Made by a program: the position numbers and the translations under genes
Assembly (NCBI GenBank): GCA_002269645.1
Contig: NIVC01000022.1
Coordinates: forward strand, 484,624 to 548,623
Direction of reading: 5' to 3'
DNA: 64,000 nt
From: Macrostomum lignano
Lineage: Eukaryota
Part shown: one piece after another, positions 11,028-25,004 of the stretch
Layout of the letters: the number at the start of each line of letters is the position of its first letter
How positions within the stretch are numbered: position 1 is the stretch's first letter
Notes under the pieces: model-generated
Seen by the model: only the letters and a program-made list of their open reading frames with translations
What the model was told of the DNA's origin: nothing
Databases searched by the model: none

Positions 11028-12934
11028 GCTCGCTCGGAATCCCAGCGGCCTGCAGTTATAAGATGTGAATTATAGCTTGGCTCTTGGCGGAACTGCAGCT
11101 TATAATTAATGATACTAAACTCAGCTTCATAAATGCTTGCCTCGCCCAGGCATTTAAATGATGTCTATGTCCTGTTGATTCGGCCTTGCAGAGCCAAATG
11201 CGCCATACAAGTTTAAAAATACTACTTTTATTACTTGTAATACTACTCACAAGTAGCGAACCACGAATATAAAGTAGAAATGCTATTCACTTGTCAACAA
11301 ATCCGACAAGTGACCGCCGGAAAACCAATTTTGACACCTGTCAATCAACAATCAGTTCAATTCATGTCAGCTGGTATCCCTCCCGGTGTAAAAAAAGGTT
11401 CGTTCAGGTTCAAAAGAACATCAATTGTTCCACAAATCTACTGTATACTAAAGGAGGGAATTCTATGTATTTTGCCCAGCACAGATGTCATTATTTTCAT
11501 ACCAATTATTTCATACGTCATAGTCACGTATTGAATTTTTTACAATATGGCCATAAATGTACATTGGGAAGCAACTGTGCCCAGCTATCTCTCTTGACTC
11601 CTCAGTTGGTTAAGTAGACTCAAAAAATTAACCTTACAAGTATGAATTAATGCCCTCGCTGCGATATCGGGAGCACGAGAATTGCCTGCATTTTGCCACG
11701 CAGCAGATTTTGTCTGCATTGCCTCCCCAATATGCTTAGTAAGTCTTAATAAAGAGATTTACACGATCAAACCTTTTGATGGTAACTGCATATCAAATGC
11801 ATATTTTTTTTTTGGGGGGGGGGCATTGCAGACAGAATCTATAGCTGCCAAATTCGCTGCAGGAAAAAAGCATTGCGGGCAAATCTCGGCGGGCAATTCT
11901 CATGGACCCCACTAAATCGCATTAGAAAATCAAGAACGGAGTACTTATAGGCACGGCTATAATCATCAATATAAAAAGCGTGTTCCGTATGGCACTTATA
12001 AGCAAGTGGTGGCTTAGTGGGGATGTCGATTGCCTTGAGATTGCGAGTAGTTAGGTTCAAATCCCAAGTGGTCGGAGTTTTTTTTAATGTGAATTTTTTT
12101 AGCAAACAGAAAATTTTCCGTCTTGAACTTTTTAAGATTAAATTATTAAATTAAATTTAATTAATTTTTTCAATAAGACTAAGAGTAACACTTAAGTCTT
12201 AAACTGCGGCCGATATGTATCGAAAAATTATTGGCGGCACTTTAAAATGATTTCGTGTTACTCTTAAGAATTAATTTAATTTAATTTTAGAAAAATTTAA
12301 AATAAATAAACTCAGACGTTTTCAATCGATCGATCTTTTCATCCGATCGATGATTATATACATGGCGATGGCAGCCGTGCCTATAAGCTCCAATATTAGA
12401 GACACGGCCACCCACCGTGTCTCTAAGTGTGAACCCATTAAATATTAACGACACGGCTGCCGTGAAAGTTTCATTGACACGGCCGCCGTGTCTATAAGTT
12501 TCTGCATTATAGACACGTCGCCGTGTCTCTAAGTGTGGCGAATTAAGAAAGACTCCAGAGGAACGCGGAATTTCCACGGGATTCCCGGGGAATTTCCACA
12601 GCTTTTGAAGCAGACGACTGTATCTAAATTGTAGGTAGGCGTGCACCTGGCTGAAATGGTACGAAGCAAAACGCAATAATTGATCAATTTAGTTAAAGGG
12701 AAAGTTAGATTCAAATTTAAATCTTATGCTGTTGGCAAGTATAGCTCCATTTGTTTTCCTTACAGAAGCAGACTCTTCCGTTGGCATTTCTCACTGTTTT
12801 TATTTAACGTGTTTTAAAATTATGCTATATACTGAAGTATAAGGGTATTAAATAAAGTCAAAGTTCTTAAAGAATTCGATGGTTGGTTGCAAACGCTTAA
12901 AATACATATACCCAAGATTTAAGTCAAGAAGAGT

Positions 12935-13165
12935 GCCACTTTTGGGTGTCACTTTGGGCGTCAGGGTGCCACTTTGAGTGTCGAGGTGCCACTTTGAGTT
13001 TCAGGGTGTCACTTTGGGTGTCAGGGTGTCACTTTGGGTGTCAGGGTGTCACTTTGGGTGTCAGGGTGTCACTTTGGGTGTCAGGGTGCCACTTTGGGTG
13101 TCAGGGTGCCACTTTGGGTGTCAGGGTGCCACTTTGGGTGCCGATCGGTGCCACTTTGGGTGCCA
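12935..13165. repeat. 20-bp minisatellite (GGGTGTCACTTTGGGTGTCA / GGGTGCCACTTT)
   Basis: Tandem units visible directly. Confidence 0.85.
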
Positions 13166-13310
13166 AGTGCACGTGTTAAGTTTGCAATAAGATTCCCTCA
13201 GTAACAATGTCAATACAGCCCCGCCCATTTGCATGCTACATTTGAATTAAATATTGATTAACCGGCAGCTTCAGGCATCAGGGATCCAAAACTGAATCAT
13301 TTCACTATCG

Positions 13311-16300
13311 TCACCAGAAGATGCACTTTTTCACCGGATTCATCGGCTTGCCGCGGCGGCACTTGAAGGCCTCGGCGAATTCCGGGCTGTTCTCGGCGAC
13401 GCCGCGGACGCGCAGGTGGTGCGGGCTGTGACTCGGCCAGCCCTGGTAGATTCGGTCCAGAATGTGAGGCTCGGACTTGAAACACCACGACTGGGCAGCC
13501 TGGATGAACAGCTGCTGCTCCGGGCTGAGGCTGGCCGGAAGGTTGGGCAGCCGCGGCAACAGGCGACCGCGGCCCTGGCGCCGGGACTTCAGAAGCTTCA
13601 GCGCTCCGACTGCGGCCTGAATGAAATAGTGTGGCATCAGTGTGCACTTAGGCATCCTGAGGTGCGGCTGTGCTGACCTGTTTGCGCTGACAATTTAAAA
13701 GCCTAATCTAAATGCGAGGAATGGGAACGCCCGAGTTCCGCCTGAGCTCGTAGACTAGAAATTCAATTCAAATTCGCGCCAAAAATGACGACACCCATTT
13801 ATAAAAACGATTGTTTAGATATTCACGCAAATCGTGCCTGCGCACCCTCCCTCCCGTCCTACACCCCTCCTCCTTCCCCCAGCAGTGTACATACGCATGT
13901 ACAATGTGTAAAGAAAAAATATCGATCAATATTTAAGCCCCACCGCCTCTCTTTGCGGCCTACCCAGCCTTATCTGCCCCGCTGCCGCCAACCCCCCCCC
14001 CGCTAGCGAGGCCTGCCTCTCATTTAATTACTCCCAGAATTGGGGGTGTTTAAAATGTTTAACAACTCCCTCGTTGTTAAACAATGCCCCAAATTTACAT
14101 TGGATTTAGTTTAACGCGGAAGTTTAGCGTTTTAGTTTAAGTTTTGGTTTTATTTTAGTTTACCGAGTTTAATGTAGTTTTAGTTTAACGAGGAACTCAG
14201 CTTATTCCATTTTTTACTTTGCTTCCAGAGTTCATCACTAAACAACCGCACCCGGCCGCAGGCCTACTGGTTTTCTCAAATTTAAATTTAGAATTAAATA
14301 ACTATTCCTATTCGCAATATTACATATTAGTAGTGTAATCCACCTGAATCCCGATGATGTCGGCAATGTCGTTGCCCAGGGTGCTGTTTGACAGGTGCAC
14401 CGGGCCGCCAGGATACAGCCTGTAGTCACCATAGCGACTCCTGACGCACTCCATCCTGTCCAGGTAGTTCGCCTCAGTTTCATTGTCCCAGAAGTGTCCG
14501 ATTGCGCCCTGCTGGTCGATCTGGTGGCCGGTGTTGTCGAAGGAGTGGCCGATTTCGTGCCCGATGACGTAACCAATGCTGCCCAGGCTGATGTGGGGCG
14601 GGTAGCTGGGATGATAATATGGCGGCGCCAGGATTGCCATCGGAAAGATTATCTGGTTGCGCTCGATCCAGTTGAAAGCGTTCACCACGAGCGGGCTGAT
14701 CTCCATGAACAGCGTGACGGGGCTCAAGCCGGACATCACGTCGAAGTTCTTGTGGGCGTAGGCGCACAGGGCCAGGGAGAACAGGGTGCCAAATTTCCTG
14801 TCCAGATTAGAAGGACGCAAGTCCACGGCGCGGAACTCCTCCAAGGTGGGCGCGTAGAAAGCCTTGAACTCGGCTGTCGAGATCTTGTCCAGCCCGATAG
14901 TCTCCTTTGCCGCCCGAATCTTCTTCTCGATGGCCACCTTGGCGCTGGGGGTGATCCACGACTGTCCCCTGACCCCGGTGATGGCGGCTTCCTTGATGAG
15001 CTTCACCAGTTCGTTGACATCGCTAAAGTCCTGCTGATGGTAGGCGGTCTGGTACATCCGCTCCAGAATCGGCTGCAGCAGCGTCTTCGTCCAGAGCATG
15101 CAGCTGGCCACGCCGTCGCCTTCGATGTCTCTGGCCACCTGCGTTCTGCCGCTCTTTAAATTCTGCAGGTCGGGTGGGAAGAAACTTCGGAAGCTCAGCA
15201 GCCAGTCGAACACCAGAAAGGCGGCGTCGTCAGACAGACTGGCGCTGCTGTCGTTGCTTTTGGCGAAGACAGGGCGAGACTTGATGTCGTTGACAAAGTT
15301 GATGACTTCCTTGATGTTGGGAAGCTGCACCAGGGCGGATTTGTCCACCGGCGACTGCAGCAGCTCGTCGAAGAAGCGGCTCCAAGAGAACGGGACACCT
15401 CCCTTTGCCGCGGCCACGCAGGCGGAGAGCTCGTCGAGCTCAGACACGTTGTACTTGGCGCCGGAGTCGAGCCCGAAGCTGTACCTCTCGGGAACGGTGC
15501 AGCCACCAGGCCCGTACAGGCTGTTGTCGTTGAGCGACTTCTCGATTCGCTTGATGATCCTCTGGAAACGCGGCCGAGAGGCGTTGCCAACAAGGCTGCC
15601 GAAGTTCAGCAGCGGAGCTCCCAGCTTCCGCTCAGTCAGGAAGTCCAGCCATTCGCGGAAGAAGGCGTTCCTCTCCAGCTCGGCGCTGCCCCGCAGAAAC
15701 AGACTCAATCTATCGATGCTGACCACCGCTCTGGCCGTCTGCGTCAGGTTGAAGTCGTCATTCTCAATGACGTTTGTGGCGAATTGCCTCGGCAAGGTCA
15801 CCCCGAGCATGCTGCTGCCGCCGGTTTTCACCAGGGTGGCCAATACAGTTTCCATGGCAACCTCCTCGTTGCACAGAGTCCACAGTGTTTCATTCAGGTG
15901 GTCCAGCACTCCGGCGAAGAAGCTGGCGCTGTTTGCCGCATTCAAGCTTGCGCTTGGCTGACCGAACCCGCCACCGCTGCGCGTGTGCACCCACTGCCTG
16001 CAGCTCCGGTAGAACAGGCGGGTGAAGTTGAACAGGTCCGAGATGTCCTGGTCTGGACTGCTGGCCACCTGGAGTCGTGTTGGTCATGCATTTTTATAAG
16101 CTAGACTTGACTGAGTCAATATTGCATTGACATATTTATCCTATCGATCTATTCCATTTTTCATGTTTGCCCAATATTTTCCCCAATTGCACAATATTTT
16201 ATTCAGGGGCGTCACCACCCGGGGGAACAGGTGGACATACCAATGCTTCCCCCCTCCACCTTGTGACCCGTTATGGTAATCAATAATCTTGCTTGGGGCG

Positions 16301-18844
16301 CCAAAATGAGCGCCTGTCTGTGGCGCCGAAATGAGTGCCTGTCTGTGGCGCCGAAATGAGTGCCTGTCTGTGGCGCCAAAATGAGTGCCTGTCTGTGGCG
16401 CAAAAATGAGTGTCTTTCTGTGGCGCCAAAATGAGTGCTTGTGGCGCCAAAATGAGTGCCTGTCTGTGGCGCCAAAATGAGTGCCTGTCTGTGGCGCCGA
16501 AATGAGTGCCTGTCTGTGGCGCCAAAATGAGTGCCTGTCTGTGGCGCCAAAATGAGTGCCTGTCTGTGGCGCCAAAATGAGTGCCTGTCTGTGGCGCCGA
16601 AATGAGTGCCTGTCTGTGGCGCCAAAATGAGTGCCTGTCTGTGGCGCCAAAATGAGTGCCTGTCTGCGGCGCCAAAATGAGTGCCTGTCTGTGGCGCCGA
16701 AATGAGTGTCTTTCTGTGTCGCCGAAATGAGTGCCTGTCTGTGGCGCCAAAATGAGTGCCTGTCTGTGGCGCCAAAATGAGTGCCTGTCTGTGGCGCCGA
16801 AATGAGTGCCTGTCTGTGGCGCCGAAATGAGTGCCTGTCTGTGGCGCCAAAATGAGTGCCTGTCTGTGGCGCCAAAATGAGTGCCTGTCTGTGGCGCCAA
16901 AATGAGTGCCTGTCTGTGGCGCCAAAATGAGTGCCTGTCTGTGGCGCCAAAATGAGTGCCTGTCTGTGGCGCCGAAATGAGTGCCTGTCTGTGGCGCCGA
17001 AATGAGTGCCTGTCTGTGGCGCCAAAATGAGTGCCTGTCTGTGGCACCAAAATGAGTGTCTTTCTGTGGCGCCAAAATGAGTGCTTGTGGCGCCAAAATG
17101 AGTGCCTGTCTGTGGCGCCGAAATGAGTGCCTGTCTGTGGCGCCGAAATGAGTGCCTGTCTGTGGCGCCGAAATGAGTGTCTTTCTGTGGCGCCAAAATG
17201 AGTGCTTGTGGCGCCAAAATGAGTGCCTGTCTGTGGCGCCAAAATGAGTGCCTGTCTGTGGCGCCGAAATGAGTGCCTGTCTGTGGCGCCAAAATGAGTG
17301 CCTGTCTGTGGCGCCAAAATGAGTGCCTGTCTGTGGCGCCAAAATGAGTGCCTGTCTGTGGCGCCGAAATGAGTGCCTGTCTGTGGCGCCAAAATGAGTG
17401 CCTGTCTGTGGCGCCAAAATGAGTGCCTGTCTGCGGCGCCAAAATGAGTGCCTGTCTGTGGCGCCGAAATGAGTGTCTTTCTGTGTCGCCGAAATGAGTG
17501 CCTGTCTGTGGCGCCAAAATGAGTGCCTGTCTGTGGCGCCAAAATGAGTGCCTGTCTGTGGCGCCGAAATGAGTGCCTGTCTGTGGCGCCGAAATGAGTG
17601 CCTGTCTGTGGCGCCAAAATGAGTGCCTGTCTGTGGCGCCAAAATGAGTGCCTGTCTGTGGCGCCAAAATGAGTGCCTGTCTGTGGCGCCGAAATGAGTG
17701 CCTTCTGTGGCGCCAAAATGAGTGTCCTTCTGTGGCGCCAAAATGAGTGCCTGTCTGTGGCGCCAAAATGAGTGTCCTTCTGTGGCGCCGAAATGAGTGC
17801 CTGTCTGTGGCGCCAAAATGAGTGTCCTTCTGTGGCGCCAAAATGAGTGCCTGTCTGTGGCGCCAAAATGAGTGTCTTTCTGTGGCGCCAAAATGAGCGC
17901 CTGTCTGTGGTGCCGAAATGAGTGCCTGTCTGTGGCGCCAAAATGAGTGCTAACAATTATACAAATTCTTTAATAATGTTGCAAGTTCGTCATGCCAGAA
18001 TTCTTGGATTATCCTCCCGACCATACAATCCATTTATGACGCCCCTGATTTTGTTGCCCAAAGAGAGACCCACAGGAGCGCTGAAATATTCTATAGGACA
18101 CGAGTGTGTAGTTCCGAGTGCGTGTCCTGCGCGTGCACTTGGGGGGCTGGTTGTTAGGGTTAGCGTGCCCGTTCTTCCTTTCTCGTACGTTGTGATTGGC
18201 TTTGGCAGGAGTGACTTTCGCCAGTCGCGGATCCATGGGGGTCAAAGGGGGGTCAGCTGACCCCTTCGGGAAAAATCCTTAGATCCGGCCCTGACGTTCT
18301 CTTAAAATTATTTTCTCCCTGAGTTGCGTGGAGAAGTGATTCGAGGCGGAAAACTCATTGGAAGCCACAACATTTTTCAACACCGCCAACGGGTAGCCAT
18401 GTTGAAGTGCACAGCCATTCCACCCGAGGAGCCCCAATCTCAGAAACCGCGCACCCGATCCAGCACTAGCAGCTCGTAGATGTTCCTCTCCAGCCCGTCG
18501 GACATCAGGCTCATCCGGTCCTCGAACAGCAGGTCGCCGTCTTTAAACGACATTCCAGCCGAGGCGCGCACCGGGTCGTACCTGACCATGCTGGGAAAAT
18601 TGCCGCACGCGTAATTGTAGAAATCCTCGCAGGGATCGGCCGAGGTGTTCATGTAGCTGGCCATCTGGGAGGCCAGCGACACGCACTCGACACTCTGGCA
18701 GGTGACGGGAATGGCGGACTGGCCCGGGCCGGATCCGCTGGGAATGCCGACGATTTCAGACCGGATTGAATTGGCTAGCGGGGAGAGGAGGGCGACCGTC
18801 ACGACAGTCAGGAGACTTCTGGCTCGCAGGGCCGCAACAGACAT
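13311..18844 (-). CDS. Neprilysin-like M13 metallopeptidase; exons 18844-18455, 16068-14344, 13616-13311
   Basis: N-terminal hydrophobic leader; C..LA..M...MNTSADPCEDFYNYACG; RLFYRSC; VVNAFN; NQIIFPMAIL; HEIGH zinc motif; HSPHHLRVRG; C-terminal PMNPVKKCIFW. All three exons are multiples of 3 with phase-0 GT-AG junctions. Confidence 0.92.
16204..18047. mobile_element. Non-autonomous hAT-like TIR element containing an expanded minisatellite
   Basis: Perfect 11-bp TIRs CAGGGGCGTCA (16204-16214) / TGACGCCCCTG (18037-18047). Flanking 8-mers ATTTTATT / ATTTTGTT (7/8, TSD-like). Confidence 0.7.
16295..17950. repeat. 25-bp tandem array (GCGCCAAAATGAGTGCCTGTCTGTG)
   Basis: About 1.65 kb of units, in neprilysin intron 1. 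Confidence 0.95.
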
Positions 18845-18944
18845 GATTGTCGATCAGTCAGATGTCGATTTTTGCCTAATAAAGATGAAAATGGCAAGTC
18901 TTGAAGTTGGTTGCCAAAGTTTCTCCGCGCAAGTTTGATCCAAA

Positions 18945-21900
18945 CATCCTACAGACAACACATCCTACAGACAACACATCCTACAGACAACACATCCTAC
19001 ACACAACACATCCTACAGACAACACATCCTACAGACAACACATCCTACACACAACACATCCTACAAACAACACATCCTTCACACAACACATTCTATACAC
19101 AACAGATCCTACACACAACACATCCTACAGACAACACATCCTACAGACAACACATCCTACACACAACACATCCTACACACAACACATCCTACACACAACA
19201 CATCCTACACACAACACATCCTACACACAACACATCCTACACACAACACATTCTATACACAACAGATCCTACACACAACACATCCTACACACAACACATC
19301 CTACACACAACACATCCTACACACAACAGATCCTACAGACAACACATCATACAGACAACACATCCTACAGACAACACATCCTATACAGACAACACACCAT
19401 ACAGACAACACATCCGACAGACAACACATCCTACAGACAACACATCATACAGACAACACATCCTACAGACAACACATCCTATACAGACAACACACCATAC
19501 AGACAACACATCCGACAGACAACACATCCTACAGACAACACACCATACAGACAACACATCCGACAGACAACACATCCTACAGACAACACATCATACAGAC
19601 AACACATCCTACAGACAACACATCCTATACAGACAACACACCATACAGACAACACATCCGACAGACAACACATCCTATACAGACAACACATCCTACAGAC
19701 AACACATCCTACAGACAACACATCCTACAGACAACACATCATACAGACAACACATCCTACAGACAACACATCCTATACAGACAACACACCATACAGACAA
19801 CACATCCGACAGACAACACATCCTATACAGACAACACATCCTACAGACAACACATCCTACACACAACACATCCTACACACAACACATCCTACACACAACA
19901 CATCCTACACACAACACATCCTACACACAACACATTCTATACACAACAGATCCTACACACAACACATCCTACACACAACACATCCTACACACAACACATC
20001 CTACACACAACAGATCCTACAGACAACACATCATACAGACAACACATCCTACACACAACACATCCTACACACAACAGATCCTACAGACAACACATCCTAC
20101 ACACAACAGATCATACAGACAACACATCCTACACACAACACATCCTACACACAACACATCCTACACACAACACATTCTATACACAACACATCCTACACAC
20201 AACACATCCTACACACAACACATCCTACACACAACACATCCTACACACAACACATCCTACACGCAACACATCCTACACACAACACATCCTACACACAACA
20301 CATCCTACACACAACACATCCTACACACAACAGATCCTACAGACAACACATCATACAGACAACACATCCTACACACAACACATCCTACACACAACAGATC
20401 CTACAGACAACACATCATACAGACAACACATCCTACACACAACACATCCTACACACAACACATCCTACACACAACACATTCTATACACAACAGATCCTAC
20501 ACACAACACATCCTACACACAACACATCCTACACACAACAGATCCTACAGACAACACATCATACAGACAACACATCCTACAGACAACACATCCTATACAG
20601 ACAACACATCCTATACAGACAACACATCCTACAGACAACACATCCTACAGACAACACATCCTACAGACAACACATCCTACACACAACACATTCTATACAC
20701 AACACATCCTACACACAACACATCCTACACACAACACATCCTACACACAACACATCCTACACACAACACATCCTACACGCAACACATCCTACACACAACA
20801 CATCCTACACACAACACATCCTACACACAACACATCCTACACACAACAGATCCTACAGACAACACATCATACAGACAACACATCCTACACACAACACATC
20901 CTACACACAACACATCCTACAGACAACACATCATACAGACAACACATCCTACACACAACACATCCTACACACAACACATCCTACACACAACACATTCTAT
21001 ACACAACACATCCTACACACAACACATCCTACACACAACACATCCTACACACAACAGATCCTACAGACAACACATCATACAGACAACACATCCTACAGAC
21101 AACACATCCTATACAGACAACACATCCTATACAGACAACACATCCTACAGACAACACATCCTACACACAACACATCCTACAGACAACACATCCTACAGAC
21201 AACACATCCTATACAGACAACACACCATACAGACAACACATCCGACAGACAACACATCCTATACAGACAACACATCCTACAGACAACACATCCTACACAC
21301 AACAGATCCTACAGACAACACATCCTACAGACAACACATCCTACACACAACACATCCTACACACAACACATCCTACACACAACACATCCTACACACAACA
21401 CATCCTACACACAACACATCCTACACAAAACACATCCTACACACAACACATCCTACACACAACACATCCTATACAGACAACACATCCTACACACAACAGA
21501 TCCTACAGACAACACATCCTACAGACAACACATCCTACAGACAACACATCCTACAGACAACACATCCTACAGACAACACATCCTATACAGACAACACATC
21601 CTACACACAACACATCCTACAGACAACACATCCTACAGTCAACACATCCTACAGACAACACATCCTATACAGACAACACATCATACAGACAACACATCCT
21701 ACAGACAACACATCCTATACAGACAACACATCCTACAGACAACACATCCTATACAGACAACACATCCTACAGACAACACATCCTACAGACAACACATCAT
21801 ACAGACAACACATCCTACAGACAACACATCCTATACAGACAACACATCCTACAGACAACACATCCTACAGACAACACATCCTACAGACAACACATCCTAC

Positions 21901-24345
21901 AGACAACACATCCTATACAGACAACACATCCTACAGACAACACATCCTACAGACAACACATCCTACAGACAACACATCCTACAGACAACACATCCTACAG
22001 ACAACACATCCTACAGACAACACATTCTGTACAGACAACACATCCTACAGACAACACATTCTGTACAGACAACACATTCTGTACAGACAACACATCCTAC
22101 AGACAACACATCCTACAGACAACACATCCTACAGACAACACATCCTACAGACAACACATCCTATACAGACAACACATCCTACAGACAACACATCCTATAC
22201 AGACAACACATCCTACAGACAACACATCCTACAGACAACACATCCTACAGACAACACATCCTACAGACAACACATCCTACAGACAACACATTCTGTACAG
22301 ACAACACATCCTACAGACAACACATTCTGTACAGACAACACATTCTGTACAGACAACACATCCTACAGACAACACATCCTACAGACAACACATCCTACAG
22401 ACAACACATCCTACAGACAACACATCCTACAGACAACACATCATACAGACAACACATCCTACAGACAACACATCCTATACAGACAACACATCCTACAGAC
22501 AACACATCCTATACAGACAACACATCCTACAGACAACACATCCTACAGACAACACATCATACAGACAACACATCCTACAGACAACACATCCTATACAGAC
22601 AACACATCCTACAGACAACACATCCTACAGACAACACATCCTACAGACAACACATCCTACAGACAACACATCCTATACAGACAACACATCCTACAGACAA
22701 CACATCCTACAGACAACACATCCTACAGACAACACATCCTACAGACAACACATCCTACAGACAACACATCCTACAGACAACACATTCTGTACAGACAACA
22801 CATCCTACAGACAACACATTCTGTACAGACAACACATTCTGTACAGACAACACATCCTACAGACAACACATCCTACAGACAACACATCCTACAGACAACA
22901 CATCCTACAGACAACACATCCTATACAGACAACACATCCTACAGACAACACATCCTATACAGACAACACATCCTACAGACAACACATCCTACAGACAACA
23001 CATCCTACAGACAACACATCCTACAGACAACACATCCTACAGACAACACATCCTACAGACAACACATTCTGTACAGACAACACATTCTACAGACAACACA
23101 TCCTACAGACAACACATCCTACAGACAACACATCCTACAGACAACACATCCTACAGACAACACATCCTACAGACAACAAACACATCCTACAAACATCTAC
23201 AGTCAATTAATCCTACAGACAACACATCCTACAGACAACACATCCTACAGACAACACATCCTACAGACAACACATCCTACAGACAACACATTCTGTACAG
23301 ACAACACATCCTACAGACAACACATTCTGTACAGACAACACATTCTGTACAGACAACACATCCTACAGACAACACATCCTACAGACAACACATCCTACAG
23401 ACAACACATCCTACAGACAACACATCCTATACAGACAACACATCCTACAGACAACACATCCTATACAGACAACACATCCTACAGACAACACATCCTACAG
23501 ACAACACATCCTACAGACAACACATCCTACAGACAACACATCCTACAGACAACACATCATACAGACAACACATCCTACAGACAACACATCCTATACAGAC
23601 AACACATCCTACAGACAACACATCCTATACAGACAACACATCCTACAGACAACACATCCTACAGACAACACATCATACAGACAACACATCCTACAGACAA
23701 CACATCCTATACAGACAACACATCCTACAGACAACACATCCTACAGACAACACATCCTACAGACAACACATCCTACAGACAACACATCCTATACAGACAA
23801 CACATCCTACAGACAACACATCCTACAGACAACACATCCTACAGACAACACATCCTACAGACAACACATCCTACAGACAACACATCCTACAGACAACACA
23901 TTCTGTACAGACAACACATCCTACAGACAACACATTCTGTACAGACAACACATTCTGTACAGACAACACATCCTACAGACAACACATCCTACAGACAACA
24001 CATCCTACAGACAACACATCCTACAGACAACACATCCTATACAGACAACACATCCTACAGACAACACATCCTATACAGACAACACATCCTACAGACAACA
24101 CATCCTACAGACAACACATCCTACAGACAACACATCCTACAGACAACACATCCTACAGACAACACATCCTACAGACAACACATTCTGTACAGACAACACA
24201 TTCTACAGACAACACATCCTACAGACAACACATCCTACAGACAACACATCCTACAGACAACACATCATACAGACAACACATCCTACAGACAACAAACACA
24301 TCCTACAAACATCTACAGTCAATTAATCCTACAGACAACAGACAG
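18945..24345. repeat. 16/18-bp AC-rich satellite (ACAGACAACACATCCT), about 5.4 kb
   Basis: Tandem units. The lack of stops in this repeat produces the spurious 1850-aa ORFs. Confidence 0.97.
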
Positions 24346-25004
24346 CGTACATCATATGCGAGTAGACATTATACAGACAGCGAGCAGACATCCTCAAAGC
24401 AAACTTCGGCAAGCAAGCGACGCACTCCCAAGATGGTCCATAGGGCCATGATGCAGTAACAATTCGATCCTACCTGTTTTCTGAGCTAAGCAAGGCCTAT
24501 GCTATGCAGGTGGATCTCGGCTATCTCTGTCAGAAACGATGGAGTCACGCAGATGCAAATCACACGCATCTGCGTTTATACGAGTCAAGCCGAGAGGCTT
24601 TGTTTACCAAAGCATTTCGGCAACTTCAAAGAGCAAAACCGAAACTTTGGACGGTATCTGGTGGCAACACTCATAAACCACCGACTGTGCACTTTGATCT
24701 GAGGCCGCTGTAACTGTTGGCCTCAATATAGCCTTTGACTTCTGATGGACAATCATAAAATCAATTATGAAATTATCATATCTGATGGGCCGCAACTGAA
24801 ACAATCGCACTGTCGCATGGCGAAAGTGTTTCTTTCTAGAGAATGTTATGTGTTTACGGTTTTATTTACATGTTCCACTGCAACAGGTCAAAGGTTTGCG
24901 CTTGATATAAACAGGTGAATAGCGTATGCTGACCGCTAGCGGCAGCAGCCCAGCTACTGTAGATCTGTGAGCAGCAGTTTTCATAGGGGCATCTTTGAAA
25001 GGAA

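Noticed and set aside
11668-11910. Imperfect inverted repeats (GAGAATTGCC / GGCAATTCTC) suggesting a MITE
   Set aside because: The TIRs are degenerate and no TSD was found, so it is too weak to call.
12140-12295. AT-rich fold-back with TAAGAGTAACAC / GTGTTACTCTTA arms
   Set aside because: Probably an old MITE remnant, but boundaries and TSD could not be defined.
16141-17956. Three ~560-aa minus-strand ORFs
   Set aside because: They are translations of the 25-bp intronic array.
18222-18293. Short GGATCC-bounded element with imperfect TIRs
   Set aside because: The TIR match is partial and there is no TSD.
18901-24459. 1852-aa and 1846-aa ORFs
   Set aside because: They are translations of a stop-free 16-bp satellite. 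All + frames give the same permuted peptides.
24547-24575. Perfect 10-bp hairpin ACGCAGATGC / GCATCTGCGT
   Set aside because: Isolated, too short for a miRNA precursor, and without Helitron or terminator context.
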